Below, one piece after another: positions 23,591 through 37,712 of a DNA stretch of 64,000 nucleotides. How positions within the stretch are numbered: position 1 is the first letter of the stretch; every line of letters begins with the position of its first letter. Under the pieces are notes generated by a model that ran no database searches, was not told the origin of the DNA, and worked only from the letters and a program-made list of their open reading frames with translations. A program made the translations under genes and the position numbers. The stretch is taken from contig NC_091474.1 of NCBI RefSeq assembly GCF_036971445.1, positions 174,344,001 to 174,408,000 on the forward strand, read 5' to 3'. The DNA comes from Narcine bancroftii (Eukaryota).

Positions 23591-24627
23591 CCCACCTTTA
23601 AACTGACTTGTGGCATCCACCACTCTGTGAACAATTTGCTCTGCATAGCTCATTTATACTCCCAATCTCCCCTTCTTTCACCTAAAAAACATATTCTCTC
23701 ATATGCGACATTTTTACCATGGAAATTTTAATCTCAATTCACTTGCAGGAGATTGAAAATTTTGATTTTGGAGGGGAAATCCAAAATGTCTGGGAAAATT
23801 ATAAGCTTGAATATACATGCAAAAGCAGTGATGATATATTTACATGTAGAAGTTAAACCCATCAGCTTCGTACATCTCCCTGAAACAAGTCTTTGAATCT
23901 TACATTTCAGTATTTTCCAGCCTTCTAAGTCTAGATTTTTCCATTCAAAACAAAAAGAGTTAATCCTGTTAAAGCTAAATTTAGCAAGTGGACTATAATG
24001 CACTCTGCAGGCAAAGAAAATTAGTTGATGCATTTCCATCAAAATAATGTAGAAATAATGTAAAAGTGTTTGTAAACTATGAGAATGAACTGTAATTTCT
24101 TCCTACTAATTGTCAAAAATGAATTATTATTTACTGCAGTTTTGGAAAAAAAGGTTAATTTCACACACGTGCTTTGAACACACGTGGAATTCCACCAGAA
24201 GTGACAATGCAGCCCAGAGTTAAGGAGGCAAAGCTGACAAGAGGCTAACCTAGTGCTGATGAGAGATCAAAGTTGTGACCTTTCTTGTCTGTGCTTCATA
24301 ACACGTGGGTGTATTTAACTGCTGAGTTAAAATGAGACATTCAGATGATAAAATTGAGATAATGTTCTTTCCTCTCTTGAAGGACAGTGGGGTGTATGTT
24401 TCTGTGACACTACATCAGGGATTTGTTTGAAATTCCAAAGTAATTTTCTCATCCTTGTGTAACAGAAATGATCAAAAACATGTCTATGGGATGAAGTATT
24501 AATTGGCATTTCTGTGAATAATCGTGCAGGTGTGTGAAATAATAGGTAAAATAACACACATTTCTTCCACATGGTGAATCCCCACATTGACACATTGCAA
24601 TACAAGCATCAAAGGAACACACAGCCC

Positions 24628-25888
24628 AGAAAGGAAAAAAAAAACAAATTACCAACTACCAAAATTAATATTGATGCAAAATCAACGAATCCCTTTCACA
24701 CTAGATAACCTTTCCTTTAGAGAATGGGAGAGAAAAGGATCAAAAGAATAGAAATTTGTTTTTTGGGAAATAAATTATCTTTTGAACAAATGAAGTACAA
24801 ATATGGTATAGCTCACAGTACAATATTTGCATACAACCAACTGAAAACCTACTTGAAGGACAAATTGGGAAGCAGGCTGAGGTTACCAGAAGGAAGCAGC
24901 TTTGAATATGTGATTACAGACACAATGAAAATTAAAAGATTTATAACAAACATGTACATCAAACTGCAAGAGAAAGAGAACGATGAAATAAGCTGTAAAC
25001 CCAAACAAAAGTGGGAACAAGATCTAAACATAAAATAAAGAATGAAACATGGGAAAAGCTATGCTCCGGAACTATGAGAAATACAATAAACACAAGGTTA
25101 CGCATGATACAATATAATTGGTTACACAGGCTATATATCACGCCCCAAAAGTTAAATAAATAGGACCCAACAGTATCAGATAGATGTTTTCGCTGTAAGA
25201 AGGGAACGGAAACAACAGTACATGCAATTTGGGCATGTGAGAAAGTGGAAAAGTTTTGGGAGATCTAAATCAGGTATTAAATAAAATCACAAAAAGCAAC
25301 ATACCAAAAAATCCAGAGATCTTTCTTCTAAGTAATATAAGAAGTAAAGAACTTGGTCTCAATTTGGATGAAGTGCAAAAAAGATTTATTATGAAGCCAT
25401 AGCTGTTGCAAAAAAATATATCATGTCAACCTGGAAATCAGAAGATAGCCTGAGAATACAGCAATGGTACATAGAAATGAATAAATGTATTCCATTGGAA
25501 AAAATAACATATAATTTAAGAAATAACATCACAGTTTTCGAACAAATTTGGAAACCATACATGGAACACACATAGAGAAGTCCTACCACGGACCTCCACC
25601 ACCTAAAATAACAAAATGACAGAATGAGAAGACAAAATGAACTGACCCAGTGTGTAAAAGTAGATGACACAATTTTCTTGTTTATTTTCATTGAGTGATA
25701 ACATTGTTTAATGGGTTTAATGTATTGTATATGTTGAACGTTTAGTGAGTGGGGAGGGGGGTGGGAAGGAGGGAGCGAAGGGAAGGGGGAAAAGGGGAGA
25801 AAATGACACTGTGTATATTCAAGAGAGAAATGTTTGTGTGTATTTTGGTCAATATGGTTCATTATTCATAAAAAAAAATTAAAAAAAA
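24628..25888 (+). mobile_element. L1-clade LINE 3' fragment (different subfamily from 39421-45480)
   Basis: ORF2 C-terminus (YNQLKTYL, KWEQDL, IQYNWLHRLY, CFRC...HAIWAC zinc knuckle), a G-rich 3' UTR tract and an A-rich tail. Confidence 0.9.
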
Positions 25889-27354
25889 GGAATTTTATAT
25901 TCAAGTAGTATATTTCAATTAATAATGTTTGAAAAGTATAGATAATAGTAAGATAATGTGGTAATCAAACATATTCCAGGCAATTTATAGGTTAATCAGT
26001 TTAAATATCCAATTAGAGTTGTATGGACACAGGACTTATACTCACAACTGTAACAACCTTGTATGAAACTCACCACATTCTACTCAATCTTCAGTTTCTT
26101 TAATATCCAACTACAAACTCCTTAGATTTCAAGCATCTGTAGCTTTTGATTTTCTTCCCAAAATATGTTGCCATAAAGCTAATTGACATTAAATTTAATA
26201 TGAATTTTAAATGATATTCATATATATATACACTCAGTAAGTTGATATGTAAACTGAAGGGAAAAGCTTGCTCATGTCTTTGTAAAGGGCGATACTGCAA
26301 TGATACCAAAATTTGATTAACAGACATAGAGGTTATGATGTACATTAGCATCTGGAAAAGCCAATTTCCCTCCCATAGAACACTCCAAGGACTTCTGCAG
26401 AATCAAATATATTGTAAACATTGCAAATGACCTTTTACTCCTACCATAAAGGACCATTTTCTTGCTTGTTCTTTCACTGAAATTTCTTCATCTGAATCAG
26501 ATTAGTTTTGTTGCTCTTAAGCTTGAATGACCTTCTGACTCAACTTTCCACCTTCTCCTGCCCCTTTATGTTGAGATATTGCCCAGGCTTCTGGCAGTAA
26601 GTTTCTGTAAACATTAAATAACTAAGGTGATGGTTGCTTCCCTTTCTGTTGGGGTTCCTGAACTCAACATGGAGCAAACTCTTATTATAAATCATAATCA
26701 AATTATAGTATGCCCCACAAATGTGGGAACCATTCCCCAGACCATTTAAAAAAATAAAACAATTAACAAACAGTGGTACTTTATATGTGTAGTATGTGAA
26801 AGGTTTAATTATATTTCTTCAGCCTGTAAAACATTTCCAATGCTGTTTAATTGCGAGGTGAAAACCACAACGGTGAAATTGGACATGGCTTGGGATATAA
26901 AAGGTGAGGTTCCTGTTGTGTCTGATTACAGAATAGGTTTCATACTTAATAGCACATCACATTATGTGCATCTCAATAAATGTCCACTTATTTTGTTTCC
27001 CAGCGCATGGTCTTTTATCATTCATTTACATTTTAGCAGCAGTGTATTTCATTGTCTGAACAGTAGGTACTCTTTTAGGTCACTGAAATTCTTCATGGAA
27101 TGAATATTTTCTTCCCCCAGCAGAAAATAAGAACATTTGTTGGAACTATCTTACTTGTGTTAAGAGAACAACTGATGTCAATTTTCAAAAAGACAGCTGC
27201 ACAAATAAATCCTTTGGAGAAATACCACAAATTAAAAAGTTTAAGAACGCATACAGTAATGCAAAACAAAATCCCACCCTCCAATGAAAATATATACATT
27301 TTATGTAATTTCTGTTCGACCTGTAATCATAATTTTGGCATTCATTTAAGGGCA

Positions 27355-27615
27355 CCCACTTTACACAGAGATGTGGAAGAATTTCTTTAGCCAGAGAGCA
27401 GTGAACAAGGGCGGCTGTGGAGGCCAGATCGCTGGGTGTATTTAAGGCAGCAATTGATAGGTATCTGAATAGTCAGGGAATCAAAGGTTATGGGGACAAT
27501 GCAAGAGAGTTGGGCTGAGTGGGAGAATGAATCAGCTCATGATGGAATGGCAGAGTGGATTTGACAGGCTGAAATGGCCAACTTCTGCTCCTATATCTTA
27601 CAGTCTTATAGTCTT
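27355..27615 (+). mobile_element. CR1 3' fragment
   Basis: gagatgtggaagaatttctttagccagag...ggttatgggg...ttctgctcctatatctta. Confidence 0.75.
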
Positions 27616-28029
27616 AAGAACCTGCAGGAAGAAAACAAATGAATAATAATTTCCATTGTATCTAATTTTTACAGAATAATATTAGAAACTATGATTTTTA
27701 TGATTACTCCTGGATTTGATCAGTAATCCATTTGTTGAACTGCCTTATTGGATACAATTTTTTTACATATATTGCAGGATATGCTTGGCAAATTCAGTCA
27801 AAGCCCAGATCAGCAAGGCCCAAAAATTGTTAATTTCAAATTAAGAATTTATTCTGCTTATGTAACAGAGAGAAAATTGAACTGAGTAACTTTGCTTCCT
27901 TAAAAATTGAAAGTTGCTACTAAGCACTGAATACTATATTTAAAAGCAGAAACTGCTTGAAAACCTCAGTTTAGGTTTCCATTGAGTATTGCATATTTAA
28001 TACAAAAGATTTAAACATAAGTATATGTA

Positions 28030-28640
28030 GAACCATAGAATCACACAGTACAGAAGTTGGCTGTTTTGGACAAGCTAATAGTGATACCTATATATATTAG
28101 TCCCATCTGCTGACATTAAGCTCAGCCTTTTAAACATTCTAAATATATCTGCCCTGGGGAAAATAAAACTATATTCTATTTATGGCCCTCATAATTTTAT
28201 GAACCTATATAGGATCATCCCTCAGCCTATGTTGCAGTGAGAATAAACTCAGCCTATCCCATTCTTCAATATAATTAGAGCTCTCCATTCCAGGGAAGAT
28301 CCTGGTAAATCTCTGCTGCACTTTCTCAATTGCTCCTGCATGCTACCTGAAGTGTAGTGACCAGAACTGGACACAACAGTCTAAGTGTAGTCTAACCAAT
28401 GGTTGTATATCTGCAAAGGTACTTCACAACTCTTACACTCAATGTTTTGGTATATGAAGTCAAAAGTACCAAATACCTTCTATCTACCTGTGTCTCCATT
28501 TTTAGGGAGCTGTAGACATAGACCCCAAGATCTTTCTGAACATCAATATTCCTCGGATCTCTACCATTTACTATATATGTTCAGCATTTAACTTCCCAAA
28601 GTATATTACCTCACACTCTTTTGCATTAGATTCCATATAT
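28030..28640 (-). mobile_element. Decayed CR1 fragment
   Basis: Reverse strand encodes VRLHLDCCVQFWS-like sequence and a CR1-type tail. Confidence 0.65.
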
Positions 28641-30817
28641 ACCTTCAATACCGAGTGCAAAAATAAGTAGTATTACTTCCATTTTTTTTGAAAGAGGAAC
28701 AATGTTGACTGGTTCCACTTGTTCCAGCAAATTAATAGTATGAGGAGTCTTTAATTTTTGGTCTCAAATGAAGGCACTGCTATGAAGGCTATCCAACAAA
28801 TCCAGCTTAGCCAACCTCTCATAATTACAGCTCTCCATTCCGGGGAAGATCCTGGTGAATCTAGGATTGAATCAAGGCTGTCAACTGTGATAGCAACACT
28901 GAATCTGCTTCAAATAAATTGTGATCTAATCTGCTTTACATATGAATTATTGTTCATGCACAAAAAAAATTAAAAGAAAAATACATATGTGGGAAGACAA
29001 CTGGTTAGCACAAAGTTGGGGAGGAGAGGGAGACGCAGTGTGAAAGCAGGAAATGATTTGGAGTAGTTACAATTCTGCTGCGATAAAAATGAGTAGTTGA
29101 CAATTTAGATATTAATTTAAGTTATATTATTCTGAAACTGGTTGGAAGGAGGGTTCACAGACCACATCCACTCATCTTGCTTGTTTCTTGCTGACAACAG
29201 CTGCAATGGTTTATCTTTAGAAATCTTGGCAGAAAACTAGAAGTCACTGGGGCCAAAATTCTTCAGAAGTTCAAATAAGCTGTCTGAACATGCACAATGG
29301 TATAAAAAAGCAGCACAGGCATTTTTCATGTAACAGATACGTTTGTGCAAGTGCAAACAAATGCAAAAGGGCTGGCAATGTGCTTGCCTGCAGCAGTGGA
29401 ATCTGATCATTTTTAGAACTGACCTACAACAGAATCCTCTCCTGCAATGTACTAAACCGAAGAAGAATGATGATTAAATTGGTCAGTTTAGAAAGTGCTG
29501 CCTAAGGAGATCAAATGCCTTTCTACGTTTAAGCAACATCATTCTGACCAGAGTTTGCAAGATTTAAAAAAAAACCCAAAAGACTCTACATCCCCAGATC
29601 CACTTCCAACCCATATCCTCCAACTTTATAATTGTGAATCTTAGGGTTCACTGAGAGGGAAAGTGAAGTAGAAATGAAGGTTGTGAGTGAAGAGAACAAG
29701 TGTGTGTTTACTCCTGGTTATCTAGTAGATGCAAGGCAATGCTAGATTAAATTTCAAAAGGTTTCCTGTTTCTCGTCACTACATCAATTTCCTGAAAGAA
29801 GGTGATTTTTCTTCCCTATGGGGACATTTTGCAAGATTGAGGTCTGAAGTAAAATATTTATTAGTTGTTTTGGCTTGATAAGTTTTGGATGAAGAGTGCT
29901 TAAACAGTTACATTCCACAATTTCTTGTCCTGTTCTGCAGCCTATCAATGGAAAATTGACAGAGTGAAAGGGGATGGGGGTAGGAGGTACATGATGATCT
30001 ACATTCTTGTGTCATGGTGAAGGCAGGCCAAAGTCTGAATTGCCATAGTTTGATCTTGTCAGAGATGTTGACACTGAGGAGATTTCATTTGTTGTGCACA
30101 TGTCTATATATAAACATTCAATAGGAAAAGCTTCATGCTGTCAACTTCTTTTGATCAACTAAATGAAAGTCTTCATTGAAAGGAATTTTACAGATAAAAT
30201 TCAAGTCTTTCAGTGCTGTCAATTATTTGGAGTATAGTTATAGATTTCATTTCTTCTCACTGCTACCTATGAGCAGAAGCCTGAAAAACAGCTTCTCAAG
30301 GTACAAAAACAATTTCTTTCAATCAGCTATTAGTCTTCTCAAATTTCCCTTGGTACACTAATCATAGACTTCTCCAACAATTCTAAAGACTGCAAGTCAC
30401 TTTTTTTTTGAACTAGAATTATTGTAAATATTTATTACGTATCTTGTGTACTTATTGCCTCTTTTAATTCAATTTAATTAGTCTACTATTATATTTTTTT
30501 CTTGACAAGTACCTGTTCGGCTGCAGCAAGAATTTTGGTGCATATGTGTATGAAAATAATCTTATCAATTCATATAATTTTAAATGTTGCTCACTTATAA
30601 GGCAGCATATTTTCACTCTCTTTTTGATGGTTGGATCTCATTAATATTTCACACCCAGGTTCATACACAGTTTCCCAATGATGCTTAAGAAAGGTACAAG
30701 ACTAATGTAGTTGCTTTGGGTAGATGTGCAAAATCTTTAAATAGAGTCAGATTAGATCGAGGAAGCTATTAAAATACATTCAGGATCTTTTTTTTAATTA
30801 ATCATCGTTCAAAAACT

Positions 30818-31182
30818 TTGGAGTGTAGAAGGATGAGAGGAGACTTGATAGAGGTCTACAAGACAATCAGCACCTGTTCCGAGGGCACGATCAGCAAACA
30901 CCAGAGGATGTATGTACAAAGTTAAGGGAGGGAATTTTCAATGAAACATCAGGGGCAATTTTTTTTTTTTTTACACAGAGTTGTGGGAGCCTGGAACGCC
31001 TTGCCAGGGATGGTGGTAGAAGCTGAAACATTGGGGGCATTTAAGAGACTCTTAGACAGATACATGGATGGAAGAAAAATAGAGAATTATGGGGTGGAGA
31101 GGGTTTAGTACTTTTTTTTGAAGGAATATATTGGTCGGCACAACATTGAGGGCTGAATGGCCTGTACTGTGCTGTTCTATGT
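30818..31182 (+). mobile_element. CR1 3' fragment
   Basis: LECRRMRGDLIEVYK, FFTQ..WNALP, and a ggcctgtactgtgctgttctatgt tail. Confidence 0.8.
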
Positions 31183-32039
31183 AAACTTGCTGTCACTAGA
31201 AGGCCAGTATTAACTACCATACCTAATTACCCTTTAGTTCCACCAAATGATTGAAAAAGCTGGGGCTGCTTTCTTTCAACCAGATAATGTTGAAGAGTGA
31301 TTGGAAAGAAGTATTAAAAATTATGAAGGATTTAAAGAAATTAAATAAAGTTCAGGAATCAACGAATAACACAGACTAAAAATAAATGGAAAAGGAATTA
31401 AAGAATCTGATTTACATATTTTAGTCACAGGTTAGGAAATTGCTCTCGTACTTGCGAGGTGCTGAGGTAAATTGTGGCATCAGAATTAGGATTAGCTGGC
31501 AAGGATGAACTACAGGAAGATTGGGAATGAAACCTGCATGAACTGTATCATGGAGATTTACCACGCATAATGACACCATTTGCCGGCTTCTCAGCCATTT
31601 CAATTTTGTCTTAATTTTTCTTTAAAATATCTACTTATTTGATTTTTAAAGTCTTTAACATCCCTCTGCAGCATTGGGAGAGTTGAGTATTTTCAGTATT
31701 GGCCCTCATTTGAATCAAGCTGGTCTATCCATCCAACATACTAGTGACCTTAACATCAACATAAAGCAAGAGGTCCTTTCCAGTGTTTCTCTAATTTGTG
31801 CAGAAAGATATACATTCAGGTCAGATTGCAATATGGCTTGGGAGGGTGAAATCTTTATCAATGATGTTATTCAATAAATAAGTCTCCTCAGCGATGTTCT
31901 CCAAAACGATTTTGCCCAAAGTGATGATCAGAGATTTCCCCACCTTGAATGCAGTCTCTAATGTCCAAGAAAACATAGAGGAGTACACAAGCTCAGGACA
32001 GGCTGCATCAGCAAATGCATTGAGGATATCACTGAGATC

Positions 32040-33928
32040 AAATGCTTCACTACCAGGGCTAACCAGAAACCATGGTTGGATGCAAAGGTCCGGCCCTTCT
32101 CAGAGCTCATGATGCAGCCTTCAGGACAGGAGATAGGATAACTTTCCCTTGCAATCCGAAAGGCAAAGCGGGAGGTACACACAGAAAATCCATAGTCAGC
32201 TGTGCAACACTGGGAACATGGAGGCATATGTGGCAAGGGACCAAGACAACCTTGCGAGTTAAGGACAATGACGCCTTCCTTCCAGACAGATTGAAATCTT
32301 CTGCGTATGATTTGATGAGAAGAACAGGATGACGAAGAAAGTTCCATGTCCTCATGATGAACAGGCCTCCCTGCATAGCTGTGGCCACGGTGAGGAGAAC
32401 CCTATCCAAGATGAACCCTCACAAGGTGGTGGGGCCATAGCTGGTCAGGTACAGAAGGACTGTGCAGACCAACTGACAGATCTTCATGGATGTTTTCAAC
32501 ACGTCACTGCAGCAGACTATCTTTCCCACAGGGTTCAAGACAGCCACCATTACCCATGAGGGCAACAATAACAGGCCTCAATGTCTACTGCCCTCTGGCA
32601 CTGACCTCCACCATTTATGAAATGCTTTGAGCATCTGGTGATGAAAGGCACACCTCTCAGAGGCAATGGACTCATTTCAATTCACCTATAGAAGAAACTG
32701 TTCCACAGATGACACTATAGCCTTGTCGCTTCACTCTGTCACGACCCACGTGGAGAATGACACCTCATAATCCTGGCTACTGTTCATTGACTTTAGCTTG
32801 GCACTTAATACGATCATTCCCCAGGGGCTGGTAGAGAAGCTGTCCTCACTGGAACTCAACACTCCTCTCTGTAACTGGATTCTGACTTTCTAGAGGAAAG
32901 ACCACAGTCTGTCCCAGTCGGTAGCAGTAGGTTGGGCATCATCATCACGCTGAGCACTGGCACGTCTCAGGGCTCTGTACTCAGTCCACTCTTGTTCACG
33001 CTACTGGCCCACAACTGCATCAACCGATCCAGCTCCAACAGAGTCATCAAGCTTTCAGATGACCCAACAGTAGTTGGCCTCTTCAGCAACAAGGATGAGT
33101 TGCAACTACAGAGAAGAGGTGGAAAATCTCATGAAATGGTGCGAGAATAACAACCTGAGTTTCAAAGTGGACAAGAAGGAGGAGATGATTGTGGACTACA
33201 CATCAACAACTCTGCAGTGGAGAGCGTGGAAAGCACCAAGTTCCTTGGAGTTCACTTAACTAGTGACCTATTATGGATACTGAATGTCTCCTTACTTGTC
33301 AGGAAGGCACAACAGCAACTGCACTTCCTGAGAAGACTGAAGTGGGCAAGGTTACCAACCACCATTATGTCAAACTTCTTGTACAGGAGCTCTATCGACA
33401 GCATCCTGGCAAACTGCATCACAGTGTGGTACGGTTGCTGTAGAGAAATGGATTGGAGGTCAATCCATAGGCCCATAAGAGTAAGAGTGGCAGAGAGGAT
33501 CAATGGAGTCTCTCTACCACCCCCCCCCCCCCTTTGATGGGATCTACCAGGATCCTTGTCTGAGGAAATGATTTGTGCAAAATCATTGAGGATCCCTTCC
33601 AGCCTGCATGCAGAATCTTTCAGTTGCTCCTGTTGGGAAAGAGATACAGGAGTATCAGAGCCAGCACCACCAGACTGAGGATTGGCTTCTTCCCACAGGC
33701 AATAAGAATGCAGAATGACTAAAAGAACTGCTCACAGTAACCTTCCAAGGCTCTCATATTCATGAAAGAATATTTATTTATATATATGAATACTTGTCCT
33801 GCTTGTTTGTATGTGTATTATGTCTGGTTAAAAAGTCCGCATGTTTTACACTGTAGACTGGAGAACACTGTTTTGTCGGGTTGTACTTGTGCAATCAGGT
33901 GACAATAAATTTGATATGACTTGACTTG
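32040..33928 (+). mobile_element. Rex1/Babar-like LINE, ~1.9 kb decayed
   Basis: [60 protein letters not shown]; tail gacaataaa...gacttgacttga. Confidence 0.9.
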
Positions 33929-34070
33929 AAGTAAGTTTCGGATACAGGAAGATAACATGGTGGGAAGCGAGTATGCGTATTCTCATCCTGCTTATGTTTC
34001 TGTCATTTATTACTTTTACTCGACCCACAGAGAATCTACAATAACCTGCTATTATTGTTTTCTCTCTTAC

Positions 34071-34239
34071 CTGCTATAGCCTGCAGGCTGGGAATAGCGA
34101 TGGTGCTGTAGGTGTTAATGTTGCTGCTGCACCATGTGTGCATCTGGGTTTCACCTTCTCCTTCCAGCCCTGTGACACCATCCACAAAATAGGAACCCCA
34201 CTGTTCGGACACCACTGGCCACGTCTTGTGTCTCAGACC
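34071..34239 (-). CDS. NT5DC1: NT5DC1 penultimate coding exon (169 bp)
   Basis: tttgcag|GLRHKTWPVVSEQWGSYFVD...TWCSSNINTYSTIAIPSLQAIA-G|gtaaga, matching NT5DC1 KWGSFF..TW..ISTYSTIAIPSIEAIA. Phase 0 to phase 1. Confidence 0.95.
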
Positions 34240-35027
34240 CTGCAAATGTTACAACAGTTAAAAGGGTCACTACCACATTTTTACCCTTCTCCCTCATGAG
34301 AATAACTTGGCAGAAGGATAGCTTTAAAAATTGTGTTTGTGGGTAAACTGTAAGTTTAAAAACTAAATTTATTTCCAGACGACTGAATGAAACAAATCAT
34401 GGGTAATCCAGGAAAGCAGTAGGTTCTGAAAATCAATATTCGTGTTGGTGAGCCTGCTTGTTTTGGAAGATTGGCAGATATTTCTTTTATGCCCTCAAAC
34501 AGCAGTGCTCAAATGGGTATCTGCCTGGAAATGGCAGCAAAAACAAAATATTGTTTCGGAGTAAACAAGGCAACTCACTGGGAAGGTCATTACATTAAAA
34601 CACTGGGGCAGACCTTCCGCCCCGATTGCCTGCATCTGCCAGCAACCCATTACATCTCTTGGAATCCAATGAACAAAAATAAACTTCCAAAAATGAATGA
34701 TCCAGTCTGAGAGCTGAGAAATCTGCCTGTTGATTCTGTGCCAGCTTATACCTTGAGCAAGTACAAGGCTCGTCATTGTCATGGGACAAATCAACTGCTG
34801 AAGAAAAACAAATGGACTTTTTAAAATTTGATTCTCTTTTATATGCACATAAGCGGTTTTCAGAATTTGAATAAAAAAATGTAAGTATTTTAACTTTTTT
34901 TGAATGTAGAGAGTCACAGAGTAATACGGCACAATAATGGACCATTTTGCACCCTATCATGTCCATGCATCATGTCCCTATTTTCCAGCACTTGGTCCTT
35001 AGCCTTCAATTGCTTGGCAATTCAGAT

Positions 35028-35560
35028 ACAGTAAAACCCTCTTTATCCAGAATTCAAGTAATCAGCAACCTCAAGCAACTGACAAAATATCGAGGATATA
35101 AATAGGTTAATAAATTGAAATAATTAACAAATAAACAAACCAAAAAAAAGCTTAAAATTGTAAAAGTTAATGTTCAATGAAGTAATAAATAAAACTTTGG
35201 TGAAGATAGGGAGCAAATATTCAGCCCACAAACTGTCTTGGTCGTGCTTTGCTCATAGCAGCTCTTTGAATAAAGTTGTGTTTGAATACAATGGTGTCGC
35301 CCAGAATGAAGAGCTGGTTGATGCTGCTGGCTGCCTGCTCAGTAAGAGTCTTAGTAAGAGGCTCGCTCCTTGCTTAGTAAGAGTCTTAAGCTTTATTTAT
35401 ATATTATTAAGTATAAGATTGTGCAGAAAATAGTGTTATTGCAGAAGCTTGATCGTGGTGTATCTGTATGGCTTCTTACTGAAGATTATGGTGTGGGAAC
35501 TACGACCATGTATGATTTAAAGAAGTAGAGTGATAAGTTATTGTAGTTTTACAGTCTAGA
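35028..35560 (+). mobile_element. Tigger/pogo-like DNA transposon fragment
   Basis: TA|cagtaaaacc left end and a CENP-B-type HTH remnant, LQKLDRGVSVWLLTEDYGVGTTTMYDLKK (~35440-35525). Confidence 0.65.
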
Positions 35561-36884
35561 AAAACAATGGCTAATGAAAGAGCACTAAGATGGACAACTC
35601 TCGTCTAATGCTGTTATCAGCAAGAAGCAAGTCTGTGTTGGGCAAATTGCATAAGGAATAGGGCAATAGGCCAAACAGCCTCTTATAATGTGCTTCCTAA
35701 TGATCTTCTCTCACTATTAACTCAATTATTTCAGTCGGCAGCTAGCTCTGTTGACATAAAGTTTGCATCATTACCTGAAAATGTTCCATAAATGTAACCT
35801 TTTGAACGTTCTTAACAGCTGGTAATAATCAATTGTACTTTATCAAGAACTAATGCAGTCAGAATAAATCCTATTTCTTTGTCAGGCTATGGGTTTTGAT
35901 CTTGACGTTTGCCATATAAGTAGTAAATATAAGTACCATCTTTTTCATGACCACTTTTCAAAGTGTACTTGCTCCTTTTTGTGCAGTTAAATGCAAGAGG
36001 AAGGCTTCACAAAGATCAATGACATGAATGACCAGCAACTCCGTTTTTTCTGGTGTTAATAGTGGGAGAAATGTAAGCAAGAACTCATTTTAACTTCACA
36101 CGTCACAATGGAATGACCAGCATTCCCATAAACTGTAGGAATAGGGAAAAGGGGCTCAATCAGAAGACCAAAATGCAGTGCTGCCAGGTATTAATACTCA
36201 AATCATTGAAGTGTTTTATACATATGCGATAACATTAAAAATATTTTAATGATTACATTTTGAAGGAGGCTGTCCACCAGTTGCTGAATATATTAGTCAA
36301 ATTCATTTAAAAAAAATCAAGACATACAGGTCCATCTGGCTCACAAGCCCTGTGCTGCCAAAATACACCAATCAACTTACAATCCCCTTATGTTTTGTTT
36401 CTATCACAGACAAACATTTGTCCTCTCCAACATGCAAGATATACTTCAAAGATAAAGCTTACACGATGTTGAGAGAATTTGTTCATCAGAGGCAACATTA
36501 CCTCACATGTGATTGTTTCAAAATATATATATCTTTAAAAATTCTTAATGATATTTCAGTCGCTACACTGATTTCCCAACTTTTATTTTACTTCCTTTAA
36601 ACTCTATATATTAAAAAAAAATCAATTACATAAGCATTTTAACTTCCTGATTTGCTATCCATGAGATTTGTCAAAGATTGGCTGTTCAAACCTGTTTGAT
36701 GACATCACTATCCACATGGTAACATTGCTTATTGATTTTTTTTGGCATACATCTCTCCAATGTCATTAGGAATCCCATTCCCCCAATGCAGAGCAGAAAA
36801 TCCAAAATCTGATATTCATATGTAAACTACAGCACTTGTTTTATTTGTCCGAACTGATTATGAGAAGGTGTTCTGAATACTCAC

Positions 36885-37049
36885 TTCATATTTTCCCTTC
36901 TTCTCCCTTGGCTCCGAGTCCTGTCTGTCCAATGTACCATGTTGGCTGGCTTCAACTTCCAACTCTTCCAGCACTAGGACTGTTTCACAGTTGTTGTAGC
37001 TGTGGGCTGGAAATATATCTGAACGCATACTGTCTCCAAAATAAACGAC
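36885..37049 (-). CDS. NT5DC1: NT5DC1 coding exon with HAD motif IV (165 bp)
   Basis: ccacag|VVYFGDSMRSDIFPAHSYNNCETVLVLEELEVEASQHGTLDRQDSEPREKKGKYE|gtgagt, phase 0 to 0. Not present in the supplied ORF track. Confidence 0.96.
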
Positions 37050-37229
37050 CTGTGGATTGAATACCAGATATCATTCTGACCTCTCATGGGAGTAAGACAA
37101 GACCCAAAAATGAACTTTGATGATATTTATAACATGTAAATTTAAAGTGGAGACAGGTAAACCAACAGGTTTATTTTCTGAATAAAATTCAAGACAGAAA
37201 TCATTTGCAGAGTATGGAGTACAAATGTT

Positions 37230-37712
37230 GGAACCTCATGATTAAGCTGTGTAAGGTATTAGAGAAACGACTGTGTGCAGTTCTGCTCACCCAGATAGGA
37301 GGAACATGAGTAGATTGGAAGGTTGCAGAGAATATTTACCAGGATGTTGCTAGTTTTGTAGGGGTGAGATATAGGGAAAGGTTGGATAGGCTGGGTCTTT
37401 ATTTCCAAGAGCACAGGAGGCTGAAGGGTGATCTTAGAGATGTTTCGAAAATTACGTGGAGCATGCATAAAATAAAGGATTGTCATTCATTTCCCAGGGT
37501 AAAATGACTCTAGAACTAGAAGGCGTAGCTTTAAATTGTGAGGGGAGAGATTTAAGAGGAAACTGTAGAAGTGAGCATGTTTAAAAGTAATTTGGACAGA
37601 TTTATGGATAGGAAGAGCTTTGATATGGATCAAACAGAGGTAAATGGGACAAACGCAGAGTGCCAGGTTGGTCAGTGTGGGCTGTTTGGACTGAAGAACC
37701 TGTTCTATGCTG
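37230..37712 (+). mobile_element. Decayed CR1 3' fragment
   Basis: VQFCSP, LQRIFTRML, RRLKGDL remnants. Confidence 0.7.
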
